Counted from the stretch's first letter, positions 50,445-61,981 are shown. The stretch: 64,000 nt of DNA from Alphaproteobacteria bacterium (GCA_037146715.1 JBAWWO010000001.1:6433-70432), one strand, 5' to 3'. Notes: generated by a model from the sequence alone, not told the origin. Numbers and translations are program-made.

Positions 50445-51353
50445 ATGGAAACCACCCTTTTTATCTATGCATTTGCCGTCGTTTTTGGCATTTTTCTGAT
50501 TACCACAATGTTTTTTTCAATTAAGCAACAAACGGTTGCTATTATTGAGCGTTTGGGAAAGTTTCATCGAATGGCAAATCCTGGGCTGAATAGTAAATTT
50601 CCTTTTATTGACCAAGTTGTTGGCTATGTGAATTTAAGGGTTCAACAGCTGGATGTTCCTGTTGAAACAAAGACTGAGGATAACGTTTTCGTGCAGCTGA
50701 TGGTTTCAGTGCAATATCAGGTGGCGCCCTCTAAGATTTACGAGGCCTATTACAAGCTGGAAAAGCCAATTGCTCAGATTCAAGCCTTTGTGTTTGATGT
50801 GGTTCGGGCGAAGGTGCCTAGCATCAGTTTGGATTCCTTGTTTTCAAAGAAAGATGAAATCGCCATTGATGTTAAAAATGAATTGCATGAAACCATGTCT
50901 AGCTTTGGGTATGAAATTATTAAAGCCTTAGTGACAGATATCCAGCCTGATGAAAACGTTAAGCATGCTATGAACGAAATCAATACGTCTCAAAGACTTC
51001 GTATGGCAGCCCTGGAAAAGGGAGAAGCCGAAAAAATTATACGGGTTAAACAAGCGGAAGCTGAATCTGAAGCCAACATTTTGCACGGCAAAGGGGTTGC
51101 GGGGCAACGCCAGGCTATTATTGAGGGATTGGGGCATTCTGTAGAGGAATTGCAAAAGACGTCTCCTCAAATCAAAAGTGAATCCTTGATGCAGATGGTC
51201 TTGATGATTCAGTATTTGGATATGTTACGGGAAATCGGGTCTTCCTCTAAAAGCAACACAGTTTTCGTGAATCATTCCCCAGGGGGTGTGCAGGACTTGG
51301 CTCAACAAATTCGTGAGACTATGTTTGCGACGGCTTTGAAAGATGAGCAATAA
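50445..51353 (+). CDS. SPFH/Band-7 (stomatin/prohibitin-like) membrane protein
   Basis: N-terminal TM, then an SPFH domain (VKQQTVAIIERLGKF...). C-terminal Ala/Glu-rich coiled-coil (EKGEAEKIIRVKQAEAESEA). Start set at the ATG with a GGAG RBS. Confidence 0.8.
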   Translation: METTLFIYAFAVVFGIFLITTMFFSIKQQTVAIIERLGKFHRMANPGLNSKFPFIDQVVGYVNLRVQQLDVPVETKTEDNVFVQLMVSVQYQVAPSKIYEAYYKLEKPIAQIQAFVFDVVRAKVPSISLDSLFSKKDEIAIDVKNELHETMSSFGYEIIKALVTDIQPDENVKHAMNEINTSQRLRMAALEKGEAEKIIRVKQAEAESEANILHGKGVAGQRQAIIEGLGHSVEELQKTSPQIKSESLMQMVLMIQYLDMLREIGSSSKSNTVFVNHSPGGVQDLAQQIRETMFATALKDEQ

Positions 51354-51509
51354 GCTGGATCCCGACGTCGGCCTTATGGCCTCCTCTGGATGACGGGAGG
51401 GGTTGGATTTTGTCTATTTTTTAACAGAAGAAATCACGTCCAGCAAAAATCTTGCCGTTTGAGCCCAGAATATGGTAGATAATAGGCAGTCAAATACAAG
51501 GAATTCTAA

Positions 51510-52614
51510 ATGCGCGCAGAAATTCAGCAAGTTGTTCAATCAATCGAAGATTCGTTAACCTCGCTGCGGAGGTTTCTTTGATCTGGACCATCTGCGCAGC
51601 CGTATTCAAGAAATAGATCAGCTGACGGAAGCCTCTAACTTTTGGTCGGATGGCCAAAAGGCCCAGACGTTGATGCAAGAACGCAACCAATCTGTTGAAA
51701 AAATTGAAAGTTTCGAGGCCTTCCATAGGGAACTAGAAGACAATCTGTTGCTGCTTGAAATGGCGGAATCTGAGAAGGATGAGCTTGCTATAGGTGAAGC
51801 GGAAGGCGCTCTTATATCCCTGCAAAAGAAAACTTTCAAGAGTCAAATTGATAGCCTTTTGTCGGGGGAGGCAGACGAATCTGAGTGTTTCTTGGAAGTG
51901 CACGCGGGGGCCGGGGGAACGGAAGCCCAAGATTGGGCAGAAATGCTAATGCGTATGTACCTGCGATGGGCGGAAGACCATGGGTACAAGGTAGATTGCT
52001 TGGATGAAACCCCTGGGGAAGAAGCGGGAATTAAGTCAGTGACTTTGCAGGTTAAGGGTCCGCGGGCTTATGGATGGCTGAAAACGGAAAGTGGCGTTCA
52101 TCGGTTGGTGCGTATTTCCCCCTTTGATTCAAACGCGAAACGGCACACTAGTTTTGCTTCAATCTGGGTCTATCCCGTTCTGGACGATACCATCTCTATC
52201 GAAATTTTAGACAAAGACCTGCGGATTGATACCTATAGGGCGTCCGGGGCAGGGGGGCAACACGTAAACAAGACGGACAGTGCCATTCGCATCACCCACT
52301 TGCCTACAGGGATTGTGGTGCAGTGCCAGAATGATAGGTCTCAACATCGCAACCGAGCCCAGGCTTTTGATATGCTGCGTTCCCGTCTTTATGAACTAGA
52401 GCTTCAAAAACGAGCCCAGGAAGTGCAGGCTCAATCAGATAGCAAAACGGATATCGGTTGGGGTCACCAAATTAGATCCTATGTGCTGCATCCCTATCAA
52501 ATGGTCAAAGATCTGCGCACAGGCGTTGAAAAGGGTAATGCTCAAGCTGTTCTAGATGGCAAAATCGATGACTTTCTAGAGGCATCTTTATCCCAGCGGA
52601 TTGGAATTAAGTAA
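51510..52614 (+). CDS. prfB: peptide chain release factor 2, translated via programmed +1 frameshift (join 51510..51578, 51580..52614)
   Basis: Frame-0 ORF MRAEIQQVVQSIEDSLTSLRRFL ends at an in-frame TGA within GGAGG-ttt-CTT-TGA-T, which is the canonical SD-like CUU UGA context. The +1 frame continues DLDHLRSR... into the 314-aa ORF carrying the SPF tripeptide (RISPFDS) and the GGQ motif (GAGGQHVNKT). Confidence 0.85.
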
Positions 52615-53275
52615 GTTTTTCCAACACTCTTTTTGCCAAAGGAATTGTGATCTTTTCACGCCGCTCAAGGGCAAGTACGTTTATTTGCTCTAGGGTGTTC
52701 AGCAGGTGTTGAATAGATCGATCTGAGTGAGTCATTAGGTAAGCTGCAACTTTGGGGTCCAAAGTGATTTGTAGGTCGGATGCATGTTTATGCAACACAC
52801 TTTCCAGTAAGCTATCATCTGGTTTTTCTAGCTCGACTGAGAGAAAGCGAGACAGGCGTGATTGCAGGTCAGACAGTTTCAGAGACCATTGAAGGAGAGG
52901 CTTATGGGCAGTCATAAGCAGTTTACTGTTTCTTTCATGCAATAAATTCAGCAAATGAAATAATTCGGTTTCGTGCTGGGTATAAAAATCTATAGATTGG
53001 TCTAAAATATAATAGGTTTCTGGCTTGACCAAATCTTGGATTTTTAAAGATTCTATGCTTTCCTCAGAATAAAATTCACCCCCATGAGTATGTTGAAAGA
53101 TATGGGCTAAATGGGTTTTTCCTGTTTTCTCAGCTCCCCACAAAATAATGCCATGAGGCCATTGATCAGCTTGAGCGATCATTTCGTAAGCTTTTTGATT
53201 GCAGGGGGCTTGCAGAAAGTCATTCATAGAATAAGTCGGCGCCCCTGCCAGCCTTAATGTAAGTTGTTGTGACAT
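52607..53275 (-). CDS. hda: DnaA-homolog Hda-like (DnaA regulatory inactivator family)
   Basis: 222 aa. Walker A GAEKTGKTHLAHI, DnaA-type AAA+ box. Length and organisation resemble Hda/HdaA. Confidence 0.7.
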   Translation of the reverse strand: MSQQLTLRLAGAPTYSMNDFLQAPCNQKAYEMIAQADQWPHGIILWGAEKTGKTHLAHIFQHTHGGEFYSEESIESLKIQDLVKPETYYILDQSIDFYTQHETELFHLLNLLHERNSKLLMTAHKPLLQWSLKLSDLQSRLSRFLSVELEKPDDSLLESVLHKHASDLQITLDPKVAAYLMTHSDRSIQHLLNTLEQINVLALERREKITIPLAKRVLEKLT

Positions 53276-53361
53276 GGGAATAGATATACTAAAAATGTTC
53301 GCTTATTTCTAGCACCAAAAAAACAATTGATAATATGGCCTTTCTGTTTTAGAAATAAGAC

Positions 53362-53940
53362 ATGTCTTCTGCAAAAGAAAAAGTGTTTTCCTATTATTGC
53401 TCCCCCATACGGGAAGGGGTTGATTCTCCCTGCGCTTTTGAGGGATGTAGAGAGCAAGGGCTGCATAAAGCCATAAAGAATCCAAAGATGCCACAACATA
53501 TGGTTTTACTGTGTGAAGATCATATTCGTATTCATAATCAGGGCCTAGATTATTTTAAGGGCATGTCATCTGCTGATATTGAAAAGGAAATTCAGGCAGA
53601 TTTTTCATGGCGGCGACCCACATGGCCCCTAGGTAAACAGCGTGAAAAGCTTTCTTTTTATTTTGAGGACCCTTTGGATATTCAAAAGCGTGTAAGGGCA
53701 GTCAGAAGTCAACATGCAGACAGAATGCATAAAGCTCACCTTAAAATGCCAGCTAATGTGCAAGAGGCGGTGGAGTGCTTAGGTATCACCTTGCCAATAA
53801 CTTTGGTAGCTTTGAAAAAAGTTTATAAAACTAAGGTCAAGCTGTTTCATCCGGATGTTAATAAAGGGTCAAAAGCAGCTGAAGAAAAATTCAAACAAGT
53901 AAACGAGGCTTATAAGCTTCTAACAAGTTACCTATTCTAA
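53362..53940 (+). CDS. J-domain (DnaJ-like) protein
   Basis: C-terminal J-domain with the HPD motif (LKKVYKTKVKLFHPDVNKGSKAAEEKFKQVNEAYKLL). Cys-containing N-terminal region. 192 aa. Confidence 0.65.
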   Translation: MSSAKEKVFSYYCSPIREGVDSPCAFEGCREQGLHKAIKNPKMPQHMVLLCEDHIRIHNQGLDYFKGMSSADIEKEIQADFSWRRPTWPLGKQREKLSFYFEDPLDIQKRVRAVRSQHADRMHKAHLKMPANVQEAVECLGITLPITLVALKKVYKTKVKLFHPDVNKGSKAAEEKFKQVNEAYKLLTSYLF

Positions 53941-55385
53941 TGTTAACTCAGAAACACTATATTCTGTTGGGGCTGTCAATTTTCGTTGGACTCTTTTTGG
54001 GGCTGACCTCCTATGGAATTCTAAATAACAACGAAGGACTGTATGCTCAAATTGGCTGGGAAACTTTGAATGATAACCACTGGATTATTCCGCACCTGAA
54101 TGGTTTGCCTTATATTGAAAAGCCTCCTCTTCTTTACTGGATTTTAGCTTTTTCTTTTAAAATATTTGGCAAAAGCCTTTTTGCGGCCCGTCTTGTGCCG
54201 ACAATTTTCGGGGCAGGGACCATTTTGTCTTGGATATGGTTTGGATGTCAGATTCAAAAGAAAAATCTGGGATTTTGGTCGGCCTTTCTTTTAAGCACGT
54301 CTATTGGGTTTTTGCTATTTTCCCGTATGGTTTTCTTTGATATTGTGCTGACTTTTTTTATGACAGCTGCCCTATTTCATTTTTATCTTTTTTACAAAAA
54401 AAAATCCCAAAAAAATCTTATTCTAATGTGGGTTTTTCTAGCTGGCGCCCTTATGACCAAAGGGTTTGTCGCCTTGGTTTTGGCGGGTGGCGTGATAGGT
54501 CTTTTCTTGATTGTAGAACAAAAATGGTCTTACTTTCTTAAAGTTCTGGGTCCCTTAGGTCTTGCGCTATTTTTAGCTCTTACGGTCCCCTGGCATTGGT
54601 TGGCTGTTTGTGAAAATCCTTATTTCACTTGGTTTTATTTTGTAAATGAACATGTGTTGCGGTTTTTGGATTTGCGCATTCCTAAAGATTATTACACAGG
54701 GTCTGTCTTTTATTATGTTCCCCGTTTGATGGCTTATTTGCTGCCCTGGAGTTTGCTATTACCTGTTCTATTTTATAAAAACTTATCCAGTATTTTTACA
54801 AAAAAAACCAATTTTTTTGAAGCGTTCAAAACTGGGGACTCTTTGCTTAAATTTCTTGGCCTATGGTTCTTTGTATTTTTTGCATTCTTTTCTGTGTCCC
54901 GAGCAAAAGCCAACTATTATCTAATTATTGCAGTTCCTCCCCTATGTGGGATGTTGGCATGGTTTGTGCAGGATAAACTTTCAAAATGGATCCCTTGGTC
55001 AGTACTTGCGTTTAATGGGTTGGTTATAGGTTCTACCATATTCATAATTCCAAAATATGAATCTTTGGTATCCACACAGCCGTATTTTAAGCAACATCCT
55101 TACCCTGAGAAATTTTATTATTTTAGGCGATTTGAAGAGTTATCTTCTTTTCTATTTTATGCGCCAGGATCTATGCCGATTATTGAAAATGCCAGCCGGG
55201 ATTTTTGGTTTGCCGAGCAGCATGGCTATGGGAAGAATATTTTCCTGAAGGAATTGCCAATGCAAGTTGGGGCTAACGTGGTTGTTTTAAAAAGAGACTG
55301 GGATGATTTTGAAACGAGTTATGGGAAGGTGACAGAGCCTTTTTATGAAGGCACTGGTTATAAGGTTTTTAAAGTTGTAGGATAG
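53940..55385 (+). CDS. ArnT/PMT-like glycosyltransferase (GT39/GT83 family, lipid-carrier dependent)
   Basis: Polytopic protein. N-terminal loop with EG.YA.I......W.IPHLNG.PYIEKPPLLYW matches the ArnT/PMT_2 signature. TAATG overlap with the J-domain gene. Confidence 0.8.
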   Translation: MLTQKHYILLGLSIFVGLFLGLTSYGILNNNEGLYAQIGWETLNDNHWIIPHLNGLPYIEKPPLLYWILAFSFKIFGKSLFAARLVPTIFGAGTILSWIWFGCQIQKKNLGFWSAFLLSTSIGFLLFSRMVFFDIVLTFFMTAALFHFYLFYKKKSQKNLILMWVFLAGALMTKGFVALVLAGGVIGLFLIVEQKWSYFLKVLGPLGLALFLALTVPWHWLAVCENPYFTWFYFVNEHVLRFLDLRIPKDYYTGSVFYYVPRLMAYLLPWSLLLPVLFYKNLSSIFTKKTNFFEAFKTGDSLLKFLGLWFFVFFAFFSVSRAKANYYLIIAVPPLCGMLAWFVQDKLSKWIPWSVLAFNGLVIGSTIFIIPKYESLVSTQPYFKQHPYPEKFYYFRRFEELSSFLFYAPGSMPIIENASRDFWFAEQHGYGKNIFLKELPMQVGANVVVLKRDWDDFETSYGKVTEPFYEGTGYKVFKVVG

Positions 55386-55402
55386 GGAAAAAGGATAAAA
55401 AC

Positions 55403-56665
55403 ATGAACCTTCTAACCCTCTATTTAAAACCAAGGCTTCTGGTAATTCTTTGTTTGGGGTTTTCAAGTGGGTTGCCGCTTTTGCTAACTCTTTCTACTAT
55501 GTCTTTCTGGTTTGCCAGTGTGGGGGTTGATAAAACCACTATTGGTCTATTTGCCTTAGTTGGCGCGCCCTATGCCTGGAAATTTTTGTGGGCACCCGTG
55601 CTGGATAGTACTTCAATCCCATTTCTTTCAAACATTATGGGGCATCGGCGCAGTTGGATGTTAATTGTTCAAGTTCTATTGGCTGGGGCGATTTTTTGGA
55701 TGGGACATAGCAATCCTGCAGATAATCTTTTTCTAACAGCATGTGCTGCCCTTTCGGTGGCATTTTTTTCAGCTACCCAAGATATTTTGATTGATGCATA
55801 TCGGATTGAGTCTTTGGATCCGTCAGAATATGCAGCGGGGGGAGGGGCCGAAGTTTTCGGATACCGCCTTGGAATGATCATAGCGGGAGGCATTGCCCTT
55901 ATGCTATCGGATATATACACATGGAAAACAGTTTATTCGATTATGGCTCTGTGCATGGGGTTGGGGATTGTGACAACCTTGCTCTGTAAGGAGCCCCAAT
56001 CTATCAAGTGTCAGGTTGACAAGATGCTCTCCTTTTCTAAGCGGGCCAGGCATGCCCTGATTGATCCTTTCTTAGATTTTATTCAAAAGCCTAATTGGGG
56101 ATTTATCTTATTATTCATTCTGCTATATCGGTTTGGCGATAATCTGATTGGACAAATGTCGACAGTTTTTTATAAGGAATTGGGATTTTCTGGCACAGAA
56201 ATTGGGATGATCACAAAAGCTTTTGGTGTGTGGATGACAATTCTGGGGGGGCTGCTTGGGGGCGTTATTGCCTTTAGAATAGGCACCATGAAGGCTTTAA
56301 TGGTGGGGGGTATTATTCATATTTTATGCAATGGATTCTTCATTCTGCTTGCTATTCATGGTCATTCCATTGGATATCTTTATGGAACGGTTATCAGTGA
56401 GAACCTTTCCGGGGGATTTATGGCTGCGGCCTTTGTGGCTTATTTGTCGCAGCTTTGTAACAAGGAATTCACAGCGACCCAGTATGCCTGGTTTTCAAGC
56501 ACTATGGCCATTACACGTGTATTCGTTCAAACTTCTTCAGGGTTTTTAGCAGCAACTTTTGGCTGGATTCCCTTCTTTGTTTTGGCGAGCTTGGGAGCGG
56601 TGCCGAGTTTGTTGATTTTGTGGTATTTGATCCGGTCTGAGCGTCGTGGATCACGGACTGCGTAG
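55403..56665 (+). CDS. ampG: MFS transporter, AmpG-like muropeptide permease
   Basis: 12-14 TM segments. N-terminal LGFSSGLPLLLT.STMSFW....G......G.F......YAWKFLWAPVLD closely matches the AmpG family. Confidence 0.8.
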   Translation: MNLLTLYLKPRLLVILCLGFSSGLPLLLTLSTMSFWFASVGVDKTTIGLFALVGAPYAWKFLWAPVLDSTSIPFLSNIMGHRRSWMLIVQVLLAGAIFWMGHSNPADNLFLTACAALSVAFFSATQDILIDAYRIESLDPSEYAAGGGAEVFGYRLGMIIAGGIALMLSDIYTWKTVYSIMALCMGLGIVTTLLCKEPQSIKCQVDKMLSFSKRARHALIDPFLDFIQKPNWGFILLFILLYRFGDNLIGQMSTVFYKELGFSGTEIGMITKAFGVWMTILGGLLGGVIAFRIGTMKALMVGGIIHILCNGFFILLAIHGHSIGYLYGTVISENLSGGFMAAAFVAYLSQLCNKEFTATQYAWFSSTMAITRVFVQTSSGFLAATFGWIPFFVLASLGAVPSLLILWYLIRSERRGSRTA

Positions 56666-56669
56666 TTGC

Positions 56670-58010
56670 CTAGTGTGCCAATAACTCTAACAAATCTTCC
56701 ATAACCTGTGTGCGTACAGTGTCATGAATGCTCTCTACCATTAGGCGCACAAGAGGTTCCGTGCCCGAGGGCCTAACCACAATGCGTCCGCCCTTAGCCG
56801 TTATATAATCTTCAATCTTTTTCAATGCTTTCTTCACAGGGGCTGTTTCCAAAACTGACTTATCTTTCAGGATGATATTTTGATGAAGTTGGGGTACTTT
56901 GGTAAAAACTTGCATCAAAACACTGGCTGGCTTCTTAGAGTGTTGCAAAATAGCAAGTACTTGAAGGGCGGCGATCAAACCATCCCCCGTTGTACCATAG
57001 TTACGCAAAATAATATGACCAGAGGGTTCTCCCCCGATGTTGCATCCTCTTTTTTCCATTTCAAGGGAAACATAGCGGTCCCCCACGGAGGTGCGATAGA
57101 CTTCAATTTCCTTGTCTTTCAGATAGTGTTCTAGCCCCAAATTAGACATAATCGTAACGACAACACCATCTGCCTGAAGAAGTTCCCATTTTTTCCACCA
57201 GGTGGCAATTAGCGCGATGATTTGGTCACCATCAATCACATTTCCTTTTTCATCCACCACGATCAGACGGTCGGCATCTCCATCAAGAGCGATACCAATA
57301 TGGGCTCCATGTTCCAAAACAGCCTTTGAGAGGGCCTCAGGTGCCGTTGCTCCACATTCTTTATTAATATTGCAGCCGTCTGGGCTGACACCAATTGCAA
57401 TAATTTCAGCGCCCAATTCCCATAGGACAGTGGGGGCGATTTTATAAGCAGATCCATTTGCGCAATCGATAACAATTTTCATGCCTTCCAGACGCAGGTG
57501 CTTGGGGAATGTTGCTTTGGCGAATTCAATGTAACGGCCAGGGGCGTCATCCAATCTTTTTGCTCGTCCTAATCTTTCAGCAGGAACCAAAAATTCATCC
57601 TTAAAATTCTCCATATTCTTTTCAATTTCAAGCTCTAGATCATCGGAAAGTTTATTCCCATTGGGGCCAAACAGTTTAATTCCATTGTCATTGTAGGGGT
57701 TATGAGAGGCGGAAATCATAACGCCCAGGTCAGCTCGTAGAGAACTGGTTAACATAGCAATAGCAGGGGTTGGCAGGGGGCCCAACAAAACTACATCCAT
57801 TCCGACAGAAATAAATCCAGCGGTTAAGGCCGGTTCAATCATATAGCCGGATAGGCGGGTATCTTTTCCAATAACCACTAGGTGGCGATGGGGCCCCCGT
57901 TGAAATTTTTGTCCAGTGGCTTGGGCAATTTTTAAAACCATTTGAGGCGTCATAGGCCCTACATTAGCGCGTCCCCGAATGCCGTCTGTACCAAATATTT
58001 TTCTGGTCAT
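56670..58010 (-). CDS. glmM: phosphoglucosamine mutase
   Basis: FGTDGIRG, active-site ASHNP, GDGDADR. 446 aa. Confidence 0.95.
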   Translation of the reverse strand: MTRKIFGTDGIRGRANVGPMTPQMVLKIAQATGQKFQRGPHRHLVVIGKDTRLSGYMIEPALTAGFISVGMDVVLLGPLPTPAIAMLTSSLRADLGVMISASHNPYNDNGIKLFGPNGNKLSDDLELEIEKNMENFKDEFLVPAERLGRAKRLDDAPGRYIEFAKATFPKHLRLEGMKIVIDCANGSAYKIAPTVLWELGAEIIAIGVSPDGCNINKECGATAPEALSKAVLEHGAHIGIALDGDADRLIVVDEKGNVIDGDQIIALIATWWKKWELLQADGVVVTIMSNLGLEHYLKDKEIEVYRTSVGDRYVSLEMEKRGCNIGGEPSGHIILRNYGTTGDGLIAALQVLAILQHSKKPASVLMQVFTKVPQLHQNIILKDKSVLETAPVKKALKKIEDYITAKGGRIVVRPSGTEPLVRLMVESIHDTVRTQVMEDLLELLAH

Positions 58011-59935
58011 GCGGGGATCTCACTAGGTTCTGTGGGTTCGGGCAAAATAGGAAGTTCTTCCACAGCTTTTTCTTTGGAGGCGGGTAAAGAAGATGTTTTT
58101 GGTTTTCGGGGTGCCTTAGGGGTGGGGCGATCTATTTTCTTGCCTTTGATAAGGGCGTGAATTTCTTCTCCTGTTATGGTTTCAAATTCCAACAAAGCTT
58201 GGGCAATCCTTTCCAGGGCTTTTGCATTTTTTGTCAAAATAGATGTAGCTTTTTTGTGGGCTTCATCGATTAACGTCCGAACCTCAACGTCCACCTCTTT
58301 CATGGTCGCGCTTGATATGGTTTGTGTTTGGGTGACGGCATGACCCAAGAACACTTCCCTTTCGGGGGCTCCATAAGATAAAAGCCCTAGCTTTTTGCTG
58401 AATCCCCATTGAGTAATCATACTGCGGGCCAGGCGGCTCGCCATTTCTATATCAGAGGAAGCGCCCGATGTAATATTTTCCCACCCAAAGATTTTTTCTT
58501 CGGCAATTCTGCCGCCCAAAGCGATGGCTAGATCGGACTTGTATTGGGCAAGACTTCTGGAAATTTCACTTGAGGGTAATCGCATGACCATTCCTAAAGC
58601 CCGTCCTCGCGGAATAATAGTGGCCTTATGGATAGGGTCTGCGTCTTTCAGAGAGCAAGCAACAAGAGCGTGTCCAGCCTCGTGATAGGCAGTGACTTTC
58701 TTTTCTTTTTCGCTCATCACCTGTGAGCGTCTTTCAGCCCCCATCATGACTTTGTCTTTAGCTTCTTCTAATTCGGTCATGCTTACAAATCTGCGACCTT
58801 TGCGAGCAGCTAACAGGGCACTTTCATTCACAAGACTTGCCAATTCCGCGCCAGAAAATCCAGGCGTTCCCTTTGCAAGCGTTAAGGCATCAAGATCTGA
58901 GGCTGTTGTGATTTTTTTCAAGTGGACATTCAAAATCTGTTGGCGGCCTTTTACATCGGGTAAAGGGACAACAACCTGTCGATCAAAGCGACCGGGACGC
59001 AACAAGGCTGAATCTAAAACATCAGGTCGGTTGGTAGCTGCAATCAAAATAATAGTTTCTGAGCTTGAAAAGCCATCCATTTCCACCAAAAGTTGGTTAA
59101 GGGTTTGCTCTCTTTCGTCATTTCCGCCCCCCATGCCTGCGCCGCGGTGACGGCCAACGGCATCAATTTCATCAATAAACAAAATACAGGGAACGTTTTT
59201 CCGGGCTTGCTCAAACATATCGCGGACACGGCTGGCCCCAACACCCACAAACATTTCCACAAAGTCAGATCCTGAAATGCTGAAAAACGGCACGCTGGCT
59301 TCGCCGGCAATAGCCTTTGCAAGCAAAGTTTTTCCGGTACCGGGGGGGCCAATTAACAAAACACCCTTGGGAATTTTTCCGCCCAATCGTTGAAATTTTT
59401 GGGGATCTTTTAAGAATTCAATGATTTCTTGAACTTCTTCTTTGGCTTCATCCACACCAGCAACATCTTTGAAGGTTACCTTGGTAGCGCTATCCATCAG
59501 CAATTTCGCTTTTGATTTACCAAAACCAAAGGTTTTTCCACTTCCTGCCTGCATTTGACGATAAGAATAAAACATAAGACCAATCAGTAACAAGTAAGGG
59601 CCAAAAGATAAAAAGATCGCCCAGAAAGAAGGTTTTCCGTCATCAACGGTGACAGCTTCTACTTGCACACCCTGTTGAGATAAGGCGTTAGCTACGTCTG
59701 TATGTTCTGGAACTTGGGTTATGAAAGAGGTACCATCGATCTTTTTGCCCTCAATCATATTTCTTTTCATAATGACGCCTGTAACCTGCTTATCAACAAC
59801 TGCTTGCTGGAAAGAAGTGTAGGGAATAAGTTGTCCTTTAGTCTGATCTATGCGATCGTTAAATATATTATAGATATATACCAGAACAATAACAGTTCCA
59901 ATCAAAAGCAAAATATTTTTAGTATGCGTATTCAT
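58007..59935 (-). CDS. ftsH: ATP-dependent zinc metalloprotease FtsH
   Basis: GPPGTGKT, second region of homology, HEAGHA zinc motif. 642 aa. 4-nt overlap with glmM. Confidence 0.97.
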   Translation of the reverse strand: MNTHTKNILLLIGTVIVLVYIYNIFNDRIDQTKGQLIPYTSFQQAVVDKQVTGVIMKRNMIEGKKIDGTSFITQVPEHTDVANALSQQGVQVEAVTVDDGKPSFWAIFLSFGPYLLLIGLMFYSYRQMQAGSGKTFGFGKSKAKLLMDSATKVTFKDVAGVDEAKEEVQEIIEFLKDPQKFQRLGGKIPKGVLLIGPPGTGKTLLAKAIAGEASVPFFSISGSDFVEMFVGVGASRVRDMFEQARKNVPCILFIDEIDAVGRHRGAGMGGGNDEREQTLNQLLVEMDGFSSSETIILIAATNRPDVLDSALLRPGRFDRQVVVPLPDVKGRQQILNVHLKKITTASDLDALTLAKGTPGFSGAELASLVNESALLAARKGRRFVSMTELEEAKDKVMMGAERRSQVMSEKEKKVTAYHEAGHALVACSLKDADPIHKATIIPRGRALGMVMRLPSSEISRSLAQYKSDLAIALGGRIAEEKIFGWENITSGASSDIEMASRLARSMITQWGFSKKLGLLSYGAPEREVFLGHAVTQTQTISSATMKEVDVEVRTLIDEAHKKATSILTKNAKALERIAQALLEFETITGEEIHALIKGKKIDRPTPKAPRKPKTSSLPASKEKAVEELPILPEPTEPSEIPA

Positions 59936-61212
59936 TTAGAGGCAGGCTCCTTTACATCTAGCGCTATAAATCGTTGACCTAACATAGCATTCAAAGGCTG
60001 AAAGTGCAAATAAACTAATGGGCTTTTTTGGTGCAGAATACCTAAGTAAGGAATTTCAATTGCTTTTCCATTCTGCCAAAGGGTAGGTAAGGTTAAGATG
60101 CTTTCCCGAAAGAAAGGTTCTGAGATTTTGTCTTTGATTTGAAGCCAGCCTTTTGTCCCCAAGATCCCCAAAGAGATATCTTGGGTTAAAGCTGCGGGGG
60201 CAAGAGCAGAGACCCAAAAACGATTATCCCACAAAAAGGGGATTTTGTTTGTTAGGGAAACCGCTGTGACCCGGCCATATTCTCGCAGGGCAACATAGGT
60301 GTTATTTCTTTTTAAAATGGTACAGCCGCCGCAGGTTGTTTTTGTAAAATCTGGATTTTTTAAAGATTTAAACAAGGTCTCAATCTGTGTTTGGCTAGGC
60401 AGATAATATTTGCCTCCGATTGATCTTAAAACATGGGCCCAGAGGAGATGGTTTTGAAGGGTTGAAGTGTCAATGGATGCCCACCCACTTTCGCTTAAAG
60501 TCACTTTTGTGGCCAAATCAACGGCCAAATTAGCTTCCATTAATGGACGCAGGACTGGATCCTTTGGCAAAAGATCTTCCGGGGGGGCAGTCCTTAATCG
60601 TGCCCGATGGAATTTGAGATTTTCATTGCTGGGGTCTTGCAGGTAGGGATGATTCTCCAGGACTGATAAAAGTTCATCCTTCGTGAAATTTAACAGGGGT
60701 CTTAAGATGCGCAGAAAAGGTTTTTCCAAACAGGCAGAAATTCCAGCCATACCAAAGGGGCCGCTTTTTTTGTCATGCCGCATTTGTAGAGTTTCTTGCT
60801 CATCTTGTTTATGGTGGGCCACAAGAAGGTGAAGGACCCCCTGTTCTTTGCAAGAATCTTCTAGCAATGTATAGCGAGCCTTGCGCGCTTGTTCTTGCAG
60901 TTTTGTGGTAAGGGTAGAGTGCTTCCACGTCAGAATGTGGCATTTGATGCCCCAATCATCACACCACTTTTTGACTTGTTTAGCTTCACTCGTGGATTCT
61001 GGACGCAGTTTATGATCAACGTGCAGGGCTAACACGGTTCCCCCGTGGTCTTTGGTCCATTCAGCAGTTAGTTTTAATAAAGCTAGGCTATCAGGCCCAC
61101 CAGACAGGGCAACCGCAAGAGTGGGTTTTTTTTCAAAGGGAGCAAACTGGTTTAAATAAAAGAAAAATTTCTTTTTGAGAGAGTGGGGGACATCACGCAC
61201 ATTTAATCTCAA
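59932..61212 (-). CDS. tilS: tRNA(Ile)-lysidine synthetase
   Basis: PP-loop LAVALSGGPDSLALL. Conserved position between ybgF and ftsH. 426 aa. Exact start uncertain. Confidence 0.85.
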   Translation of the reverse strand: MRLNVRDVPHSLKKKFFFYLNQFAPFEKKPTLAVALSGGPDSLALLKLTAEWTKDHGGTVLALHVDHKLRPESTSEAKQVKKWCDDWGIKCHILTWKHSTLTTKLQEQARKARYTLLEDSCKEQGVLHLLVAHHKQDEQETLQMRHDKKSGPFGMAGISACLEKPFLRILRPLLNFTKDELLSVLENHPYLQDPSNENLKFHRARLRTAPPEDLLPKDPVLRPLMEANLAVDLATKVTLSESGWASIDTSTLQNHLLWAHVLRSIGGKYYLPSQTQIETLFKSLKNPDFTKTTCGGCTILKRNNTYVALREYGRVTAVSLTNKIPFLWDNRFWVSALAPAALTQDISLGILGTKGWLQIKDKISEPFFRESILTLPTLWQNGKAIEIPYLGILHQKSPLVYLHFQPLNAMLGQRFIALDVKEPASK

Positions 61213-61981
61213 CTTTCAGGGCTTCAGCCAAGGTTTTAAATTCGGGTTTCAAATCGGGGGAGACAAGCAACTTTGCCACAACGCTACAGGCCTCGACATC
61301 TTTATTCATTTTGTGGAGGACATTTGCCATTTTTAATAAGGCCTGTTGGGCCTCAGCGCTTTGGGGGTCTTTCTTGTAAATATCCATGGCAAAAGCAGCA
61401 GCTTCTGGAAATTTTCCTTCATTGTCCATTAGAATAACAAGATCTAGGGTAGCTTGTTTAAAAACAGAGCTTTCTGGGTGGTTGTTGTGAATAGTTGTTA
61501 GCAATTTCTCAGCCTCTTCTTTCTTGCCTTCTTTCAGAAGAATTTGCGCTTTTTCGTAAAGTTGTTCGGGTGGCAAGGTTGTTTCAGCCTGATTTTGGGC
61601 AGACTTGTGGTGGTCTTCCAGTTGTTTTAAACGATCTTCCAAAAGTTTTTTGTCAGCAAGGGCTTCTTTTTCCAATTGATTTAGTTTTGCTTCAAATTCT
61701 TCAAATCGGGAAACAAGCTTGCTGATTTGGGATTGAAAAGACATGAGTTTGTCAAACATTAAGGAAGCTGCATCTTTAGGCATTTCCCTAAGAGCATCTA
61801 GAGGGGATTCTTCGCTGCCCAAATGTTTGTAAACGAAGGCTTGCAGGCCTTGCAGGTCGCGCTCTATGCGGCGAAAATTTGATCCTTCTTGCTCAACGGG
61901 GGCAGGGGTGTCTTCTGCAGAAGAGAGCAAGCTGACTGTCAAAAGACAGATGGTTAACAGACATTTGATATGGTTGCTCAT
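61193..61981 (-). CDS. ybgF: Tol-Pal system protein YbgF/CpoB-like (signal peptide, coiled coil, TPR)
   Basis: Signal peptide, coiled-coil with KLNQLEKE, C-terminal TPR-like repeats. Position upstream of tilS-ftsH as in alphaproteobacteria. Confidence 0.6.
   Translation of the reverse strand: MSNHIKCLLTICLLTVSLLSSAEDTPAPVEQEGSNFRRIERDLQGLQAFVYKHLGSEESPLDALREMPKDAASLMFDKLMSFQSQISKLVSRFEEFEAKLNQLEKEALADKKLLEDRLKQLEDHHKSAQNQAETTLPPEQLYEKAQILLKEGKKEEAEKLLTTIHNNHPESSVFKQATLDLVILMDNEGKFPEAAAFAMDIYKKDPQSAEAQQALLKMANVLHKMNKDVEACSVVAKLLVSPDLKPEFKTLAEALKVEIKCA

Noticed and set aside
51490-51930. Three short minus-strand ORFs (51490..51726, 51618..51839, 51733..51930)
   Set aside because: They lie antisense within prfB and its frameshift region. 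prfB is unambiguous on the plus strand.
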